From assembly GCA_973895155.1 (NCBI GenBank), contig OZ316895.1, forward strand, positions 17,278,170 to 17,342,169: a stretch of 64,000 bases of DNA, in the 5' to 3' direction. This DNA is from Marsupella aquatica. Its lineage: Eukaryota; Plantae; Marchantiophyta. The notes beneath the pieces were generated by a model. The model made no database searches. It was given only the letters and a program-made list of their open reading frames with translations, and had not been told where the DNA came from. Both the position numbers and the translations under genes were made by a program. Below are positions 14,361 to 26,857 of this stretch, in pieces (position 1 is the first letter of the stretch; every line of letters begins with the position of its first letter).

Positions 14361-14802
14361 ATTCACAAGCATAGATCAAGTTCATGCCATTCATCATGCC
14401 CTCCTGAGGAGCCTAAGTGGAAACCAACAAATAGCATTCATGAAAATCAAGAAGGTCATGAACCCATCGAACATCAAAATGCAAGATGTGAACCACCATC
14501 TAGAGAGAACCAGTGGCCATGGCCCTTAGGTAAAGGTCGTGGCATGGGTCCAGTTCCTGGGGAATGGGTTCCACCATTTCGCAGATTTTCATCCGAATAT
14601 CCGGCAGAAACATTTCAAAGAAGCAAGGGACCTGGGGCAATGCCTAATTCAGATGACTGGGTACCTCCTTTTCGGGGTGAAGAGCAACCATATAGTTGGC
14701 ATAGATGCAAGGGTTCTGGAGGGTGCCCTCCTCGAGACCAGTGGCATGCCCCTTGGTCTGACTCCATCAAGAATAAAGGAGTTGGTCAAGCCTACGGTGA
14801 TA
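14361..14802 (+). other. Putative orphan exon with W/P-rich internal repeats
   Basis: Open frame flanked by TTCAG| and AG|GTAAGC; WVPPFR occurs twice. Confidence 0.3.
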
Positions 14803-15249
14803 GGTAAGCTTAGAACTCTTGAATTTCTCTACAAGTTGGTGTACTCTTTCATCTGACTTTGGATGGCCTTCAACAACTAAGTTTTATTAGAATATTATAG
14901 ACTACGCTCTTGGCTTTCTAGTATATAATGATTATTGGTAGTACTGTCTTGATAAAACGTACAAATCAAACATTCTTAACAAGGACCTACAATTATCATC
15001 ATAATTAAATTAGTGCACTCAAGTTCTTCACCCAAGAATTTATATGAAGTTTTTTCTAGTCTGAACATTTTGTCTTGTTTATATTGCACAAGTGACACTC
15101 TAGCGCAGCACAGTAAATGTGATGTGGCAGGAAAAATTTGGGCATTTAACAACTTTTGTAAACTAATTGAAATAATTAAAGCTTCTCCATAAAAAAATTG
15201 TAATGGTGTTTGGAGTGCGAGTTTTGTGAGCAGAGGTGAGAATACTTGC

Positions 15250-17040
15250 TTAGACTATCCAGAAGTAAGCAAATCCTGGAGGGAAGATACAAGAGAAGTG
15301 TATTGAAGCATTTAAGAGGACTTATAAATGGGCAAGGAGATGTTCCTCCCAAAATGAGACAGAGGGCTCTATGGGAATCAATGGTCCGTGATATTTGGAC
15401 ATAATAGATTTAGCAATGTGTTGCTTCTACAAACAGCATAGCCATACAGCATATGGCTATGCATGAGTGACTGACCTGTCCAGAAACATGATATCAGGTC
15501 TCGAGTGTGTGCATATGAATCAAGGTAAAAAGGGATACAGTTGTGTAATTGAGGATAGTTTGGGTTTGGATTAATCATAAGGCAACAATATTTTTAGAAG
15601 TCTCCAATTGTCATTAATTCTTTGAGTTGTGACTCTTAACCGCATTAATGGATGTTATTCCAGTTAGGTTCATTGTATTTTACAAAAAGTCGAGCAAAAA
15701 GTGGTTGTTGATAATAAGTGAAGTTTACATAGAGAAAGGGCCTCTGGCTGCTGCATCATCTAGTCCCATGCATCAAGCTTGGCAGTGACTCAATGACTAC
15801 TCACCTATGTCCCACAAGAGCTAAAGGCCTTCCATACTCTTTGGGCATTTTGGTGCAACATAAAATAAATACTGCAAATGAAAAACTTCTCCCCATGTGC
15901 AGATGGCCTCTTGGACAATGACATGTGTTTATCATTCTCGAAAATTGTCCATATTAGGAACAACAAACATCCAGAAAGAGAGATTATCAGCCCACTCATA
16001 CCAATTAATGTACCCTAACCACTGAAATTACTTTCCTAAGTTCTATTTGGGATGATGACTTATTTACATGAAAGGCTCAGGTTCATCCAGTTGCGGCAAT
16101 ACGACAAATTGCAACAATAGCTTGTACATATTTGGACTCTTATGGCCTGGTGGGAATGAGAGAACATGGCAGGACCAGACCACGGGCCCAAATTTGAACC
16201 CCACTGTGCCTTGGTTCGCACACCCCAAAGTCATGGGCCCCCCAAAAGTTTCTCCTAAGTTGGCAGTCCTCTGCTCCACAAGCTAGTGGGACAAAGCTTG
16301 ATGACCCTGATCACACTCCTCACTCTTCATAAAATGTCTGGAGATACTCTGGCAAGTGAGCTTCACACTTCAGCTTTCAATGTGGTTTGAATGGTGGCTG
16401 GCTGTTTTAGGTGAGTGTGAAAGGCGGGACAGGTGGGGATCAAGCCCTAAGTCCCCTGCAGAATCCAAATGCACTGGCATCACACCTGCTCTCTAAGTCA
16501 ATCTCTCTGATGGCAAGGCTATTTGGTGTGCCCTAGTGCTCTTACACACCAGATGACTTTGCAGAATTATAAGTCAGGATACTGGCTCTTTAATTTTTAG
16601 AAAAGTAACATTGCTTTCCAACTCCCTTATGTACAACTTAACTACTGGCAAGTCCAACCCAATGTCAATTGGCCATGTCCTGCTGGAGGACCGCAAGTGC
16701 TCCAGTTTTTTTATGCCCAAATCCGAGTAAGGGGTCCATGCGCATATATTTTGGATTGACCCTTCACATGTATTAGAGTATCTCCAGTTGTGACCTGTAT
16801 CCAACACACTGCTACACACCAACACCAATGCCATGATTTACCTGTTTTTTTTAATAAGAAGCTGTATAGCAACACGAGGGGACAGCATCACCCAAACGCA
16901 CAGGACAACATCACCACCCAGTCCTGGGGGCAAAGGCAAACAGCCAACCCCCGACCACCAACCTATTCCGACCATTGCATCCTAAATAGCCATCTAATCA
17001 GAGTGTCACTAAAAAACCATCTAAACAAAATGTCCTTAAG
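15250..17040. mobile_element. Degraded LINE-like fragments
   Basis: Weak L1-like peptide remnants and an A-rich tail (TTTTTTTAATAAG at ~16846); heavily decayed. Confidence 0.3.
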
Positions 17041-17747
17041 GGCCAAAGTAAGTGATGTTTCATCTTTTTGTGTCTATTGTCTTCCCTACTTTGCCTCTTC
17101 TCGTGAGTAATCAGCTCCTTACATGTGTAATAGTAATCACAAACGGTCTCTCTATGTATCTCTTTGTTGTGAGATTCTCCTGTGGCAGAGTGCTAGTGTA
17201 GGTCCTCAGCAGAATGAGCATTAATCCTAAGATTCCTACTACCAACCTAACAAACTTATGTAAGCAAAGGGGGTTAGTGCCCTTGGGGTCAAGCTTATGA
17301 TACAAGACAGAAAACTAAGATAATGTTGTCACTCATGATGTAGTCTTGGTTAAGAGCGCCAGGAATTTTGTGATTAGCCCACAGTCTCAGGATGAAGTGG
17401 AGTTCATCCTTATTCCGTTGAGCTTGTCTGGTTTTCCTCACTGACCTGCAAACAGCCGTCATCCCAGATGTTAATGCTATGACTTTGCAGAGGATGCTCT
17501 TGGGAACCATCCCTTCCCCCAGTAGAGGGATTAAACTCTCCCTATGCCTCCCCACTTGATATAAAGCTCATATATATATATATAAATTTGTGTAAAGTAC
17601 ACTACGTGATTTAGTTGAGTCCATTGGTTTACATGCAATCGCTCTTGATCCCCCATAACTTGGAAGGGCTGTCCAATTGATATAGATATGTAAACTTCCA
17701 ATGACAATCTACTACAGTAGATATTCGGACTGCAGTGAGGTTCTTCA

Positions 17748-17960
17748 GTTCTTTATGCAAGTCTCTTAGATCCCCTTCACTCCTTCTGTTCGTTAGGGTT
17801 TAACCTTCCTTCCTCCCTTCCTATAAGCAGTGTTTTTAATCCCACTTGTTCTTGGGGAAGTAAAGTTCTTTATGCAAGTCTCTTAGATCCCCTTCATTCC
17901 TTTTGTTCTTTAGGGGTTGACCTTCCTTCCTCCTTTTAAGCAGTGTTTTTATTCCCACTT
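17748..17960. repeat. ~115-bp tandem duplication
   Basis: AGTTCTTTATGCAAGTCTCTTAGATCCCCTTC... occurs twice. Confidence 0.9.
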
Positions 17961-18254
17961 CCTTCACTGAAGTGTGCTCTCTTTCTGTTGTGTTTTTATA
18001 CTTTTCCAGGGGAGTTTTGGTCCTAGCTTTCAATTGATAGGGCTTTCTTGCATCCTTCCCTTTCCATGTTTTTAAAGTAGAGTAGAGTAAGAAAACAGCT
18101 AGATGTCCTCTCAACTTGTAGAAAAGGGTGTCTATCGTAACATTCATGTTATCAGGCAATTGGCTCAGCAGCCAGTCTTTTCAGAGACTAGCCTTGATTA
18201 CCCCTTCCATGAAGGGAGAAGAGAGGTGAGGACAAAAAAGCAATGTGCACAAAA

Positions 18255-18522
18255 ACATTTCTGGCTGGGATCATCTTTCAGTCTTAAGTGTTTTGTGAGA
18301 GAGTAGAGTCATATCTAGAGCCTTCACTCTAGACCATTGGCTCTAAAAGCAGAGTTTTCTGGCTGGGTTCATTTTTCCCTCTTAAGTGTTTTGTGAGAGA
18401 GTAGAGTGGCGTAGCGTGGTCTAGAGGCTTCACTCTAGACCATAGGCTTTAAAAGGAGAGGGTTCACTCTAGACCATAGGCTTTAAAAGTAGAGGGTTCA
18501 CTCTAGACCTTAGGCTTTAAAA
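18255..18522. repeat. Compound tandem repeat with ~33-bp units TTCACTCTAGACCATAGGCTTTAAAAG
   Basis: Four visible copies of the core; a related motif lies at ~6245. Confidence 0.85.
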
Positions 18523-19585
18523 GTAGCTTCTGTTCGCGAATTATTAGTAAGATAAATATGTAGAATGCTGCCCATCGCAGCCTTTCCTTATGATCCTCAT
18601 ATATAGAGTACCTCCTCCCAAGCTTTGGAAATCTAGTATGTTCTGCACAGAAGAGGCCGTTCTTGCCTGTCTTCGTCTCCTGTCAGCTACTATGTCACAG
18701 TAAACTGGCAGTTGTATGGACTGAAACGCTACTGAATGGACTGGGCGTGCTGAACACTTCAACTTTGCAACAGTTGAATTCCACAATGGCCAGGAACATC
18801 AGGAACGACCGTCAAGGAAAAGCTTGCAAGAAAAACTGAAGACTCAATCTATATCTACGGTCTAGTGAGTCACAGCAAATCCACTCTACTAGTCCAAACA
18901 GTTCGGCGACGGATGCTCTAATTTATGTTTCAGTTTTGGCTTAGATCTCTGCCTCGATGTGACTGAAAGTAGACTCGTCAATGTAAGCATTAGAGTGCGC
19001 ACTTTTTCGTGCAGAATTGTTACGGTCCTCTATGTCTGGATGCTAAATCTTCCACAGGCCCTTTCTAAGAAGAGTTTTCTTGGATATCTGTGTGCCCAAA
19101 GCTTTATACCATGAGGATTCAGAAGTACATTCCACGGACTTCACACACCTACTAAATGTGCTAGCGAGTCTTATTGTGAAGGAGGATCTAAATACAGACA
19201 GCAAGGTTTCCAAGTATCCCACACCCTCACACCTGCACTCCATTCGTTAGTTACTTGGCCTGTCTCTCGATTTCTAACGTCCATGCTTTCCAGTACTCAA
19301 AACAATGCGTTCGTACTGCCACAAGGACGCATGACATAAATGGGCGGCCGATTGTAAATGGAGAGTCTTTCTGAAGGCAATGCGAACCATAATCCCAATC
19401 ACCATAAAAAGAGTCAGAAACCCGGAGCCTCTTGCTCGAGGGCAGTGTAACATAGACAATCAATACACCTCAAAAGTGTAGTCCATTGATCAGGATTGAG
19501 AACCAAGTAAAAATCGAGTCAAAATTGTTAAAGGGATTCTCAATACATTATTGCCGAAGTCATCGAACATATATCTCGGAAAAAC

Positions 19586-22500
19586 CTAGTCGAACAGACT
19601 GAATCCCATGTCGTCGTCAGATTCTTCCTTCTCTTCCTCCTTCTCTTCAACCTTAGCAGCAGCAGCAGGGGCAGCCGACTCGGTGGTAGCCACTGGAGCA
19701 GCAACGATGAACTTGCTGGGATCCTAGAGAAATGAACAAATTTAATGTCATTAATTAAAGAGTCCTCCCCAAGACACACAGATAACGCTCGCCAACAAAG
19801 AGCTGGACAACGATTTCAGCAACAGTAAAGTATGACCTCCAACTCGGGATTAGCATACCTTGAGAATCTCCTTAATGGTATCGGCTTGAGGAAAGGAATA
19901 CTCAGTAGCCAAAGACACGGACACCACGTTCTTGAACGCATTGACGAACATGTGTGGCGCAGCAGCAAGCGTGGGATAGCTGAGACCCAAGGAGAGGGCA
20001 GCAACGTTCGAAACACCAGCAGAAAACTTGGCAATGAGGTCCTCCTCCGTGAGATCCAAAACCTCGGGGCTGAAAACGGAGCCGTTGTCGTAAACTGAAA
20101 CCACCACTAGACCGTATGAGAAAGGCCTAATCCCTAGCTTGGCCAGGAGAGCAGCCTCGGAGGAGCCCACCTTGTCACCCTTGTGGATAAGTTCAACAGG
20201 TGCAACAATCTCGACAGTACCCTTGTTAATCTTGGTGGGAATGTTGAGAACCTGTCAATGCCATTAGGAGAGCAGCGTTAGTACCAGAGGTGATCAGCCA
20301 AACCGAAGTATCGCTCTAATGATCTCTCATGGTCCTGCAAGTATGATCGCCTCCAGGAGTCCTCACCTCCCTGTTAGCTCCATCTACCTCATCACTCAGC
20401 TTATGAAACTTGTTCTCGTGTGCTAGCACTTTGGACAGGTAAGAGACCTGTCCAACACATTACTCTGCGGGTCCTGGGAAAAGCCAAGGCAGTGGAAACG
20501 AGTGGCCAAGACAGTGAGTTCACCGACTCGGCAACCGATACATCTAATGCTAAGAATTCGACAACGAGCTGCTGACAAGTCTGAGGAAAGAAGGATCATC
20601 TGGCAAGCTAGGTGCCCACTCGGGCCAGCAGTCCAGTCACCATTATTGATCACCATTCAGTCCACTCTACCCTACAAGCCAACGCAGCAATTCACACAAG
20701 GAGTACGAAGGGGAGAACTTCCGATTACGAACCTGGAAGAAAGACGTCTGAGATGGGTCAAGACCGGTGTTTCCGGGGGGAACAACCACATCGATGGGTG
20801 CAACCAATCCGACACGGGCAGGGGCTCCAACCTGTGAACCGAGCAAGATGAGTACCTCGTCCCATAAACGCTCAAAGGAGCTTGCTAGCTTCAAGCTGGA
20901 ATACTCGGCGACATGATTGACTCGGCGGACATGGAGGGAAGGAAGCTATTAGCAGGGCAATCACAAAGAGTACCTTATACTTTCCGACTTCCTCGCTCAC
21001 TTCCTTGAGGTCACCCTTGGTGAAAATGAGACCAACATTCCCCTGGAAAACCAAATCAATCAACGAACGTTGAGGTTGAGTGCTTGGATATGTCAGCTAG
21101 GAAATTTTTGATGAGAACTACAAAAGCCAATCAAAATTTGATGAGAACCACAACAGCCAATCACTCCGAAAATTCACCAAAGTATGGACATTTGACTGCA
21201 GTTCGGATGACCCGGAAAGCCTTCATCTTCCTATGTATGCGTTTGTGGATCTGCTCTGCTGGACAGACCCTAACAGAAATCAGGTTTCTCCACCATCCCA
21301 GCAGGGTGATTTAGGCCCGTTTCGTGGACCAACCTGACCCATCCTCCATCCAATAATACTTCCCGTAACCACAATGGAGACTAAGTGTTCGTGTCCGCAA
21401 GATCAAGCAGGTCCTGAACACTGAATTTGAAAAACCAACCTTGTATGAAATCTTAAGGCCCTTTGTTTAAAAGTCTGGCAAACTATCTGGCTCTATCTAC
21501 CGACTTATCGACAATATCCTCAGACCAAACCAAACCAAAACAAAACAAAACGAAAGATGAAACTACACAACGCATTTAAATTGAGGTCCTGTACATTGCC
21601 AACATAGTCAAATCATTTCCACCATAGCTTGTTTCTGATGCCTGTTCACAGCGGCTCTATTTTCCCTTGGAAGTTTTTCAACCTAAATTCTGTCTGACCT
21701 TCAAAATTCTCTTGCTAACAACACTTGGCAGGGGTCCGGGAGATTGATGAAATGCCAATTTCACTCTAGGGTAGTGCGATACAGTTTGATGAGAAATGCA
21801 GTGAAAGAGCTCGAATGTACAACAAAGAGGTCTGATTTTGGCAGTTCTGTTGTTGCATAGATTGTTTTCTTCAATCAATTTGCTCTCCCATCATTCCAAA
21901 GACTATTCGAGCCACACATATAATGAACACCACCGCATCAGCCTCGAATTGAAGTTGCGAATACAAGTGTTCCATCCACCTGGATCAATCAATATTCCGA
22001 AATCTTGACGCTTGTTGCATCGACGGTATATTGAATTAGCTCCAGTACACTACTGGGAAAGGCACAAATACCGCACACATACCTGCCAGAACCAATGGAC
22101 TAACCAACTTGACTTGGACAACCAAAACGTAGGGACGATCACAGCAAAACAGCCTACCATCTCCCCGAAAACAATTTTATTTGGAAGTGCCGTGCTGGGT
22201 AGTAATTTGGATACATGCATTACTTAACGATGATAAAGGTTGTGGTATTAGCAAAAGCTGTTCTCGGCCTGTAACTTGAGCCTCTGTCCACCATGTTCTT
22301 CTGCATTTCCAGGGTTAGGGTCCCTTGGTGGGCAGCAAAGTAAGCTAAGATGGGAGCAACTGAGGTGAATTATTCGATGGGAAGCTCACTCAGCTGGAAT
22401 CAGTTAGCCGCTCTGCCAGCGTTTCACACAAAGAAACACTCCACGACGAATCAATCGAAGGTTGCCCTCCCTTCGTGGACTCCTGCTTTACCGAATGTTA

Positions 22501-22876
22501 CCCGACCTCCCGTCCAACTCCTGCCCGCCCTCTTCCACTAAACTACACAAGTGAAACTGAATTTCCTTCACATTCCCCATTCCAATTACTCCGGAGTGAG
22601 GTCAAGAGAGAGGCGTTTATATACGTACCACAAGGAGGGGGATGAGATTCAAGTATGCTGAATTTCCCGTCTTCTCGGCGTGAATTCGGATGGAACGCTT
22701 CATCATGGTGTTCTTCCCCATCAGAACCACCGAATCGGGCCTCAGACCCTGCCTGATACCCTGGAGCTGAGTAGATCAGCTGCATACACCAGCACCTGTG
22801 TGAACTGCTCCACCAGGTCACAGAGCTTGGCGTCATAATGCACCTTCTTCTCCGCTTTGGTACCCTTGAATCCCAT
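19586..22876 (-). CDS. RPLP0: 60S acidic ribosomal protein P0 (uL10); exons 22876-22629, 21042-20974, 20831-20733, 20251-19859, 19723-19586; apparent 10-bp deletion in exon 1
   Basis: [11 protein letters not shown]..., [44 protein letters not shown] and the C-terminus [13 protein letters not shown]. All introns are GT-AG and phase 0. Exon 1 is 248 nt, not a multiple of 3. Confidence 0.95.
20290..20400 (-). ncRNA. Candidate intronic box C/D snoRNA (no target identified)
   Basis: Box C GTGATGA (20395-20389) and box D CTGA (20297-20294), ~100 nt apart, short terminal stem, same strand as the host RPLP0 intron 3. Confidence 0.45.
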
Positions 22877-23556
22877 TTTTTTTCCGAGTCTTTTCTTACA
22901 ACCAAACAAACACTGAATCGATTGACGCACAGCAAAACAGTGCAGAAAAATGAAGGTATGGTCCAACAACAGTCGAAGAATAGTTCGACAGATTCACGAG
23001 AAAATCCAGGAGTGGGGGCCAAGTCGAGTTCGATGTCCCGAGCAAGGTGGGCAGCAATTTCTTACTACCTCTTTAACCCCTTTCGCCCTCACAAATCCCA
23101 CGAGAAAATTCGACAACAACAATTGAGAAGAGACGTGCCTGAGCTTTTGCCTGGCCCTCTTGAACCCTAAACCCCTTTGCCCCAGAGCCAGGGCAACGGG
23201 TTGGACCGCCCAGATCTGATCTGAAATCGAGAAAACAGATCTTTTCAGCTTCCATAGCACTTTTTGACTTCCATTTTGCTTCCCTGATCCCCTTCTGTAA
23301 GCCTTCTTTTGCAGCGACGAACTCTCACTTCTCTCGTTCTTCTATTTCACTAGGGTGAGCGTTTCAATCTTCTCCCTTCTCATCGATATCATCTGTTCGA
23401 AGAATCGATCTCTCTGGACTTCGTTCTCCGCATCTTCATGCGTTTCGTTGCCCCTTTTCACCAATTTGTTCTCTTTTTCGTACCTGATCAAGGTCCTCCT
23501 CGACGAGCCCTTGTCTTTTTACATGGAAGAAGTGTGGTGAAGAAAGATTCAGCGCT
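22877..23556. promoter_or_regulatory. Compact bidirectional promoter/UTR region of RPLP0 and frataxin, with telo-box-like AACCCTAAACCC (23163-23174)
   Basis: Divergent ATGs ~680 bp apart; telo-boxes are typical of plant ribosomal-protein promoters. Confidence 0.6.
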
Positions 23557-26487
23557 ATGGGGCTTCGAAGGCCGAGACCGTTGTGGCAGCGAGTTGTGTC
23601 ATCTCTTTCGGATGCAGCGTTTGTGCGCCTGTCTGGCCTTGGACCACCGAGATCAGGTCGCTTGCTGCGCAGCAGCCGACATTCTGTTGCCGTAAAGGGA
23701 TCTCGTCCCACGGTGCACGGCCCTGATGTTCAAGTGTTCCGGAGTCGATGTGGTTTGCACCACGGCAGGGCATTACCTTCGTGTGCGTGGAGGAATGCGG
23801 AGGAGGGTTTCAGATTGCAGTCGAAAGGGTGGACGGGGTCTTGTCTTTATAGTTCCGTGAAGGATGATGCGGAGGACATCCATGGACCTGTCACCGTGGA
23901 TTACAGGTACTCTACGCCACTTCTTCGCTTGGCTTTAAGGGCGAAAAATTTTCCCAGTGGCATCGCCAATAACTTAGCTTATAGTCTAAAGCTTAGAAGA
24001 GAGAACTCCCTACAGGTTTGAGGAGCTACTGGTATGGAACTTTTTGTATCAGACGAAATGGGGAACTGTCGTAGCCAAAGAAGGTCTTGCTGATTTGCGC
24101 TGGATCATCCTGCAAATCTGTGATTGTCTAGTTGATATTGTTTCGCTGTGCGTGTTAGTTTGTAAGGTCTACTTTTTCATCTGGAGTAGAGAGCCTCTTG
24201 GCATGTGTCATCTACTTCATGTAAAAATGAGACTGATAATGAGCCGTTTGTCGCATCTACAGAAGCCTAGGACGTCGTTGTAGTCTTTTGGTTCATAATG
24301 TTGCGCACATTTGTGTATACGTCTGTTTTCTGGGAATTCTTCCTGGGCGAGGTGCGCTGAGCCATTGGTCTCACAGGCCGCTACATCACCTTGAAGTAAA
24401 AGCTGTATCGTATATGAGAGAGCCTGGGAAGATTTGGGAGTGTCCATTGAGTGATACATCTATTCCAAGAGATTGTTATCTTTTGGAAATGAAGTTGCAT
24501 GGCTGGAAATTCTCCAGTTGCCATCCGGCCTCAGGGAAAGGTGGATCTAGAGTAATGTATTGCCTCACAGATACCTGAGCGCCCCGATCATGGACTCACA
24601 GGTCACTTGATGCAAACATATATGCCAGTAATTAATACTGAATGATGACATCGTCGGATTGTCTCAACTTCGTAAGTTTGGGGAGCAGGGCATCTGGTTT
24701 GCACTTCTCGTTGCCACCTAGTAATTTAGCTCTCATTCCCCAGGGTTTCGCTAGAGGAAAGTGTGGAAATCTAATTTATGCTTTACTCAACCGTGCAACA
24801 AGTGTTGTTTCTACAGACATGGGTGAATATCATAGTGTTTTAAACTTGCAAATTCTTGTGAATCCTAAGCTGTCCCACGGGGAAGCTCTCGCGCGTCCAG
24901 TCGTAGCTCATGCTCGTTTTACCTGTTGTCTACAATTTCCTTCAGCTCTTGCGTTTTCTGTGTCTTTCTTTTTGTGAAGAGAATGTCATGTATGTATTGC
25001 AGTGGACAATGCAGTAAAGTCCTAGGCTGATCGGACCTTCATATCGCTCCACAATGACTCTATGATACTGTGACTTCTAGCTCCGTGTTGGAGGAGGATC
25101 GTTTTCATGAACTTGCTGACGATGTCCTTCACCACTTGCAGGATAAGATGGAGGTAATTTCACATATCTTGTTTCTTGATTTCCTCTAGAAATTCTGTAG
25201 TCATGTGATGTGGTCTGGTTATTTGTCCCCCCTCCCCGAGTCCCTCTCCTGCGGGGCCAATGAAGATTCTTATTGGAATTACCGTCTGAGATCAGTTATG
25301 AGAATAATTGGTCGGGAATGAGGACAACATATGGCTGTAGCTGAGGCCTCGCAAGGCAGGAGTTGACCTTTAATTGATTAATCGCATGTACTGTTCTGAC
25401 TTGAGCGACATGTATATACTAGCGCCTGAATTGTCGGGATCCTCCCAGTTGGCCGATTATATGTGTTCTCAGAAGGGTTTATTTGTCATCAGCAGTAGGA
25501 TTCTGGTTTGAGCGTAATCATTGTTTCATCAGAGGAAGTTGTAAGGGAAAACATATGGTCTAACAAATCACTGGAGACAGAGAAGCTGGTGTCAAAAACT
25601 TGATTTAGTGATCTTTGAGAATTGCTAGAATTGGATTCGGGATATTCTCTTTCGCTATTGTGAAGCCCTTCACGATGTGCAGAGTGCTATCAGTTTGTCT
25701 TCCATTGGAGAGTCTGCAGCGTCGAAGCTTTGGTCAAGTTGTAAGGAGAGGTTTACTGATGAATATTTTGTGATTTGCAGGTTTATGGAGAAGATCTAAA
25801 CGTTGACGGATTTGATTTGGACTATGCTGTAAGAAACGAATCTCTTAAGTCGTAGTATTTACAAGCTGTGGTGCTCTCAGAATAATGAACGGTTGATTTT
25901 TTGCCAAATGGGAGTAGAAGCCAGAAATAAGTAAACGTGAACAGAGGTGATGCACTTGCTCGGCTACGTAATTGCAATAAGGGGACATTCCCAAATAGCT
26001 AACAAAGTAGATATCTGTCAGTTGAGAATCTCTTCATTAAGTTTTCTTTGACCCTGAACCTAGTTCAATATCAATTCCATCGAGTTCACGTGATATTCCT
26101 GTATCGGAGCTCTGAATTATGTCCTAATATACTTTCTTGCAGTCTGGAGTTCTGACGGTCCGACTGGGGGATCTTGGGACATATGTTATAAATAAGCAAT
26201 CTCCAAATCGACAAATATGGCTTTCATCGCCTGTGAGGTATCCTTATTTTCCTGACCCCGGCAGGTCGTGCATTCCTGATTGCCTGTCCAATGCCACAGT
26301 TGTCTGATTGCAAGATTATTCCTGGTTTTGTCTGACTGGGGAAATTTGTTCCAGCAGTGGACCAGGTAGATTTGACTGGGCCAATTCCAAGTCGTCATGG
26401 ATATACCGGCGCAATAACGTCGAACTCGTATCTCTTCTAGAAAAGGAGTTCAGTGAGCTCCTTGGTGCTACAATTGACCTATCCTGA
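23557..26487 (+). CDS. FH: Frataxin (organellar Fe-S/iron chaperone); exons 23557-23906, 25081-25153, 25781-25828, 26143-26237, 26358-26487 (231 aa)
   Basis: Arg/Ser-rich transit peptide, then [58 protein letters not shown]. Splice phases are consistent; tandem CAGCAG acceptor at the last exon. Confidence 0.95.
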
Positions 26488-26857
26488 GCTTAAATCTGCT
26501 TAGCTGCATATCTGAAACAAGGAATAAACTCTCTAGTAGCTGTAGGGACAGGGGGACAGGGTTCGAGCAAAGAACCTTTCGAGTTTGCTACCTCTTGCTT
26601 TTGAGTAGTTGAAAGAGTGTTTTGTGGGGATGGAGTACTGGGGATTCCTGAGCATAAGTTCTGGGACTCGCAAAAAGAGAGACCAGTATGACGGACAGGA
26701 CTTTTTATTAAAAATTCTGATTCAATGAGAAATAAAAGCAGTCTTGGTCCTCAAGTTTGACTGCAGTTCACATCAATGGCCTCCAGTACGAGACTGTGGC
26801 TCATGAAGTTCAGAAGTGCCCTACGAATGGTTTGGTGCACTATTGTGCATGAAATTT

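Noticed and set aside
21290-21345. Hammerhead ribozyme (CGAAAC at a junction)
   Set aside because: No CUGANGA core in the required position.
22470-22530. Loose resemblance (minus strand) to the 25S rRNA uL10-binding GTPase centre
   Set aside because: Needs several gaps in G-rich sequence and lacks the closing CCUGC strand; probably chance.
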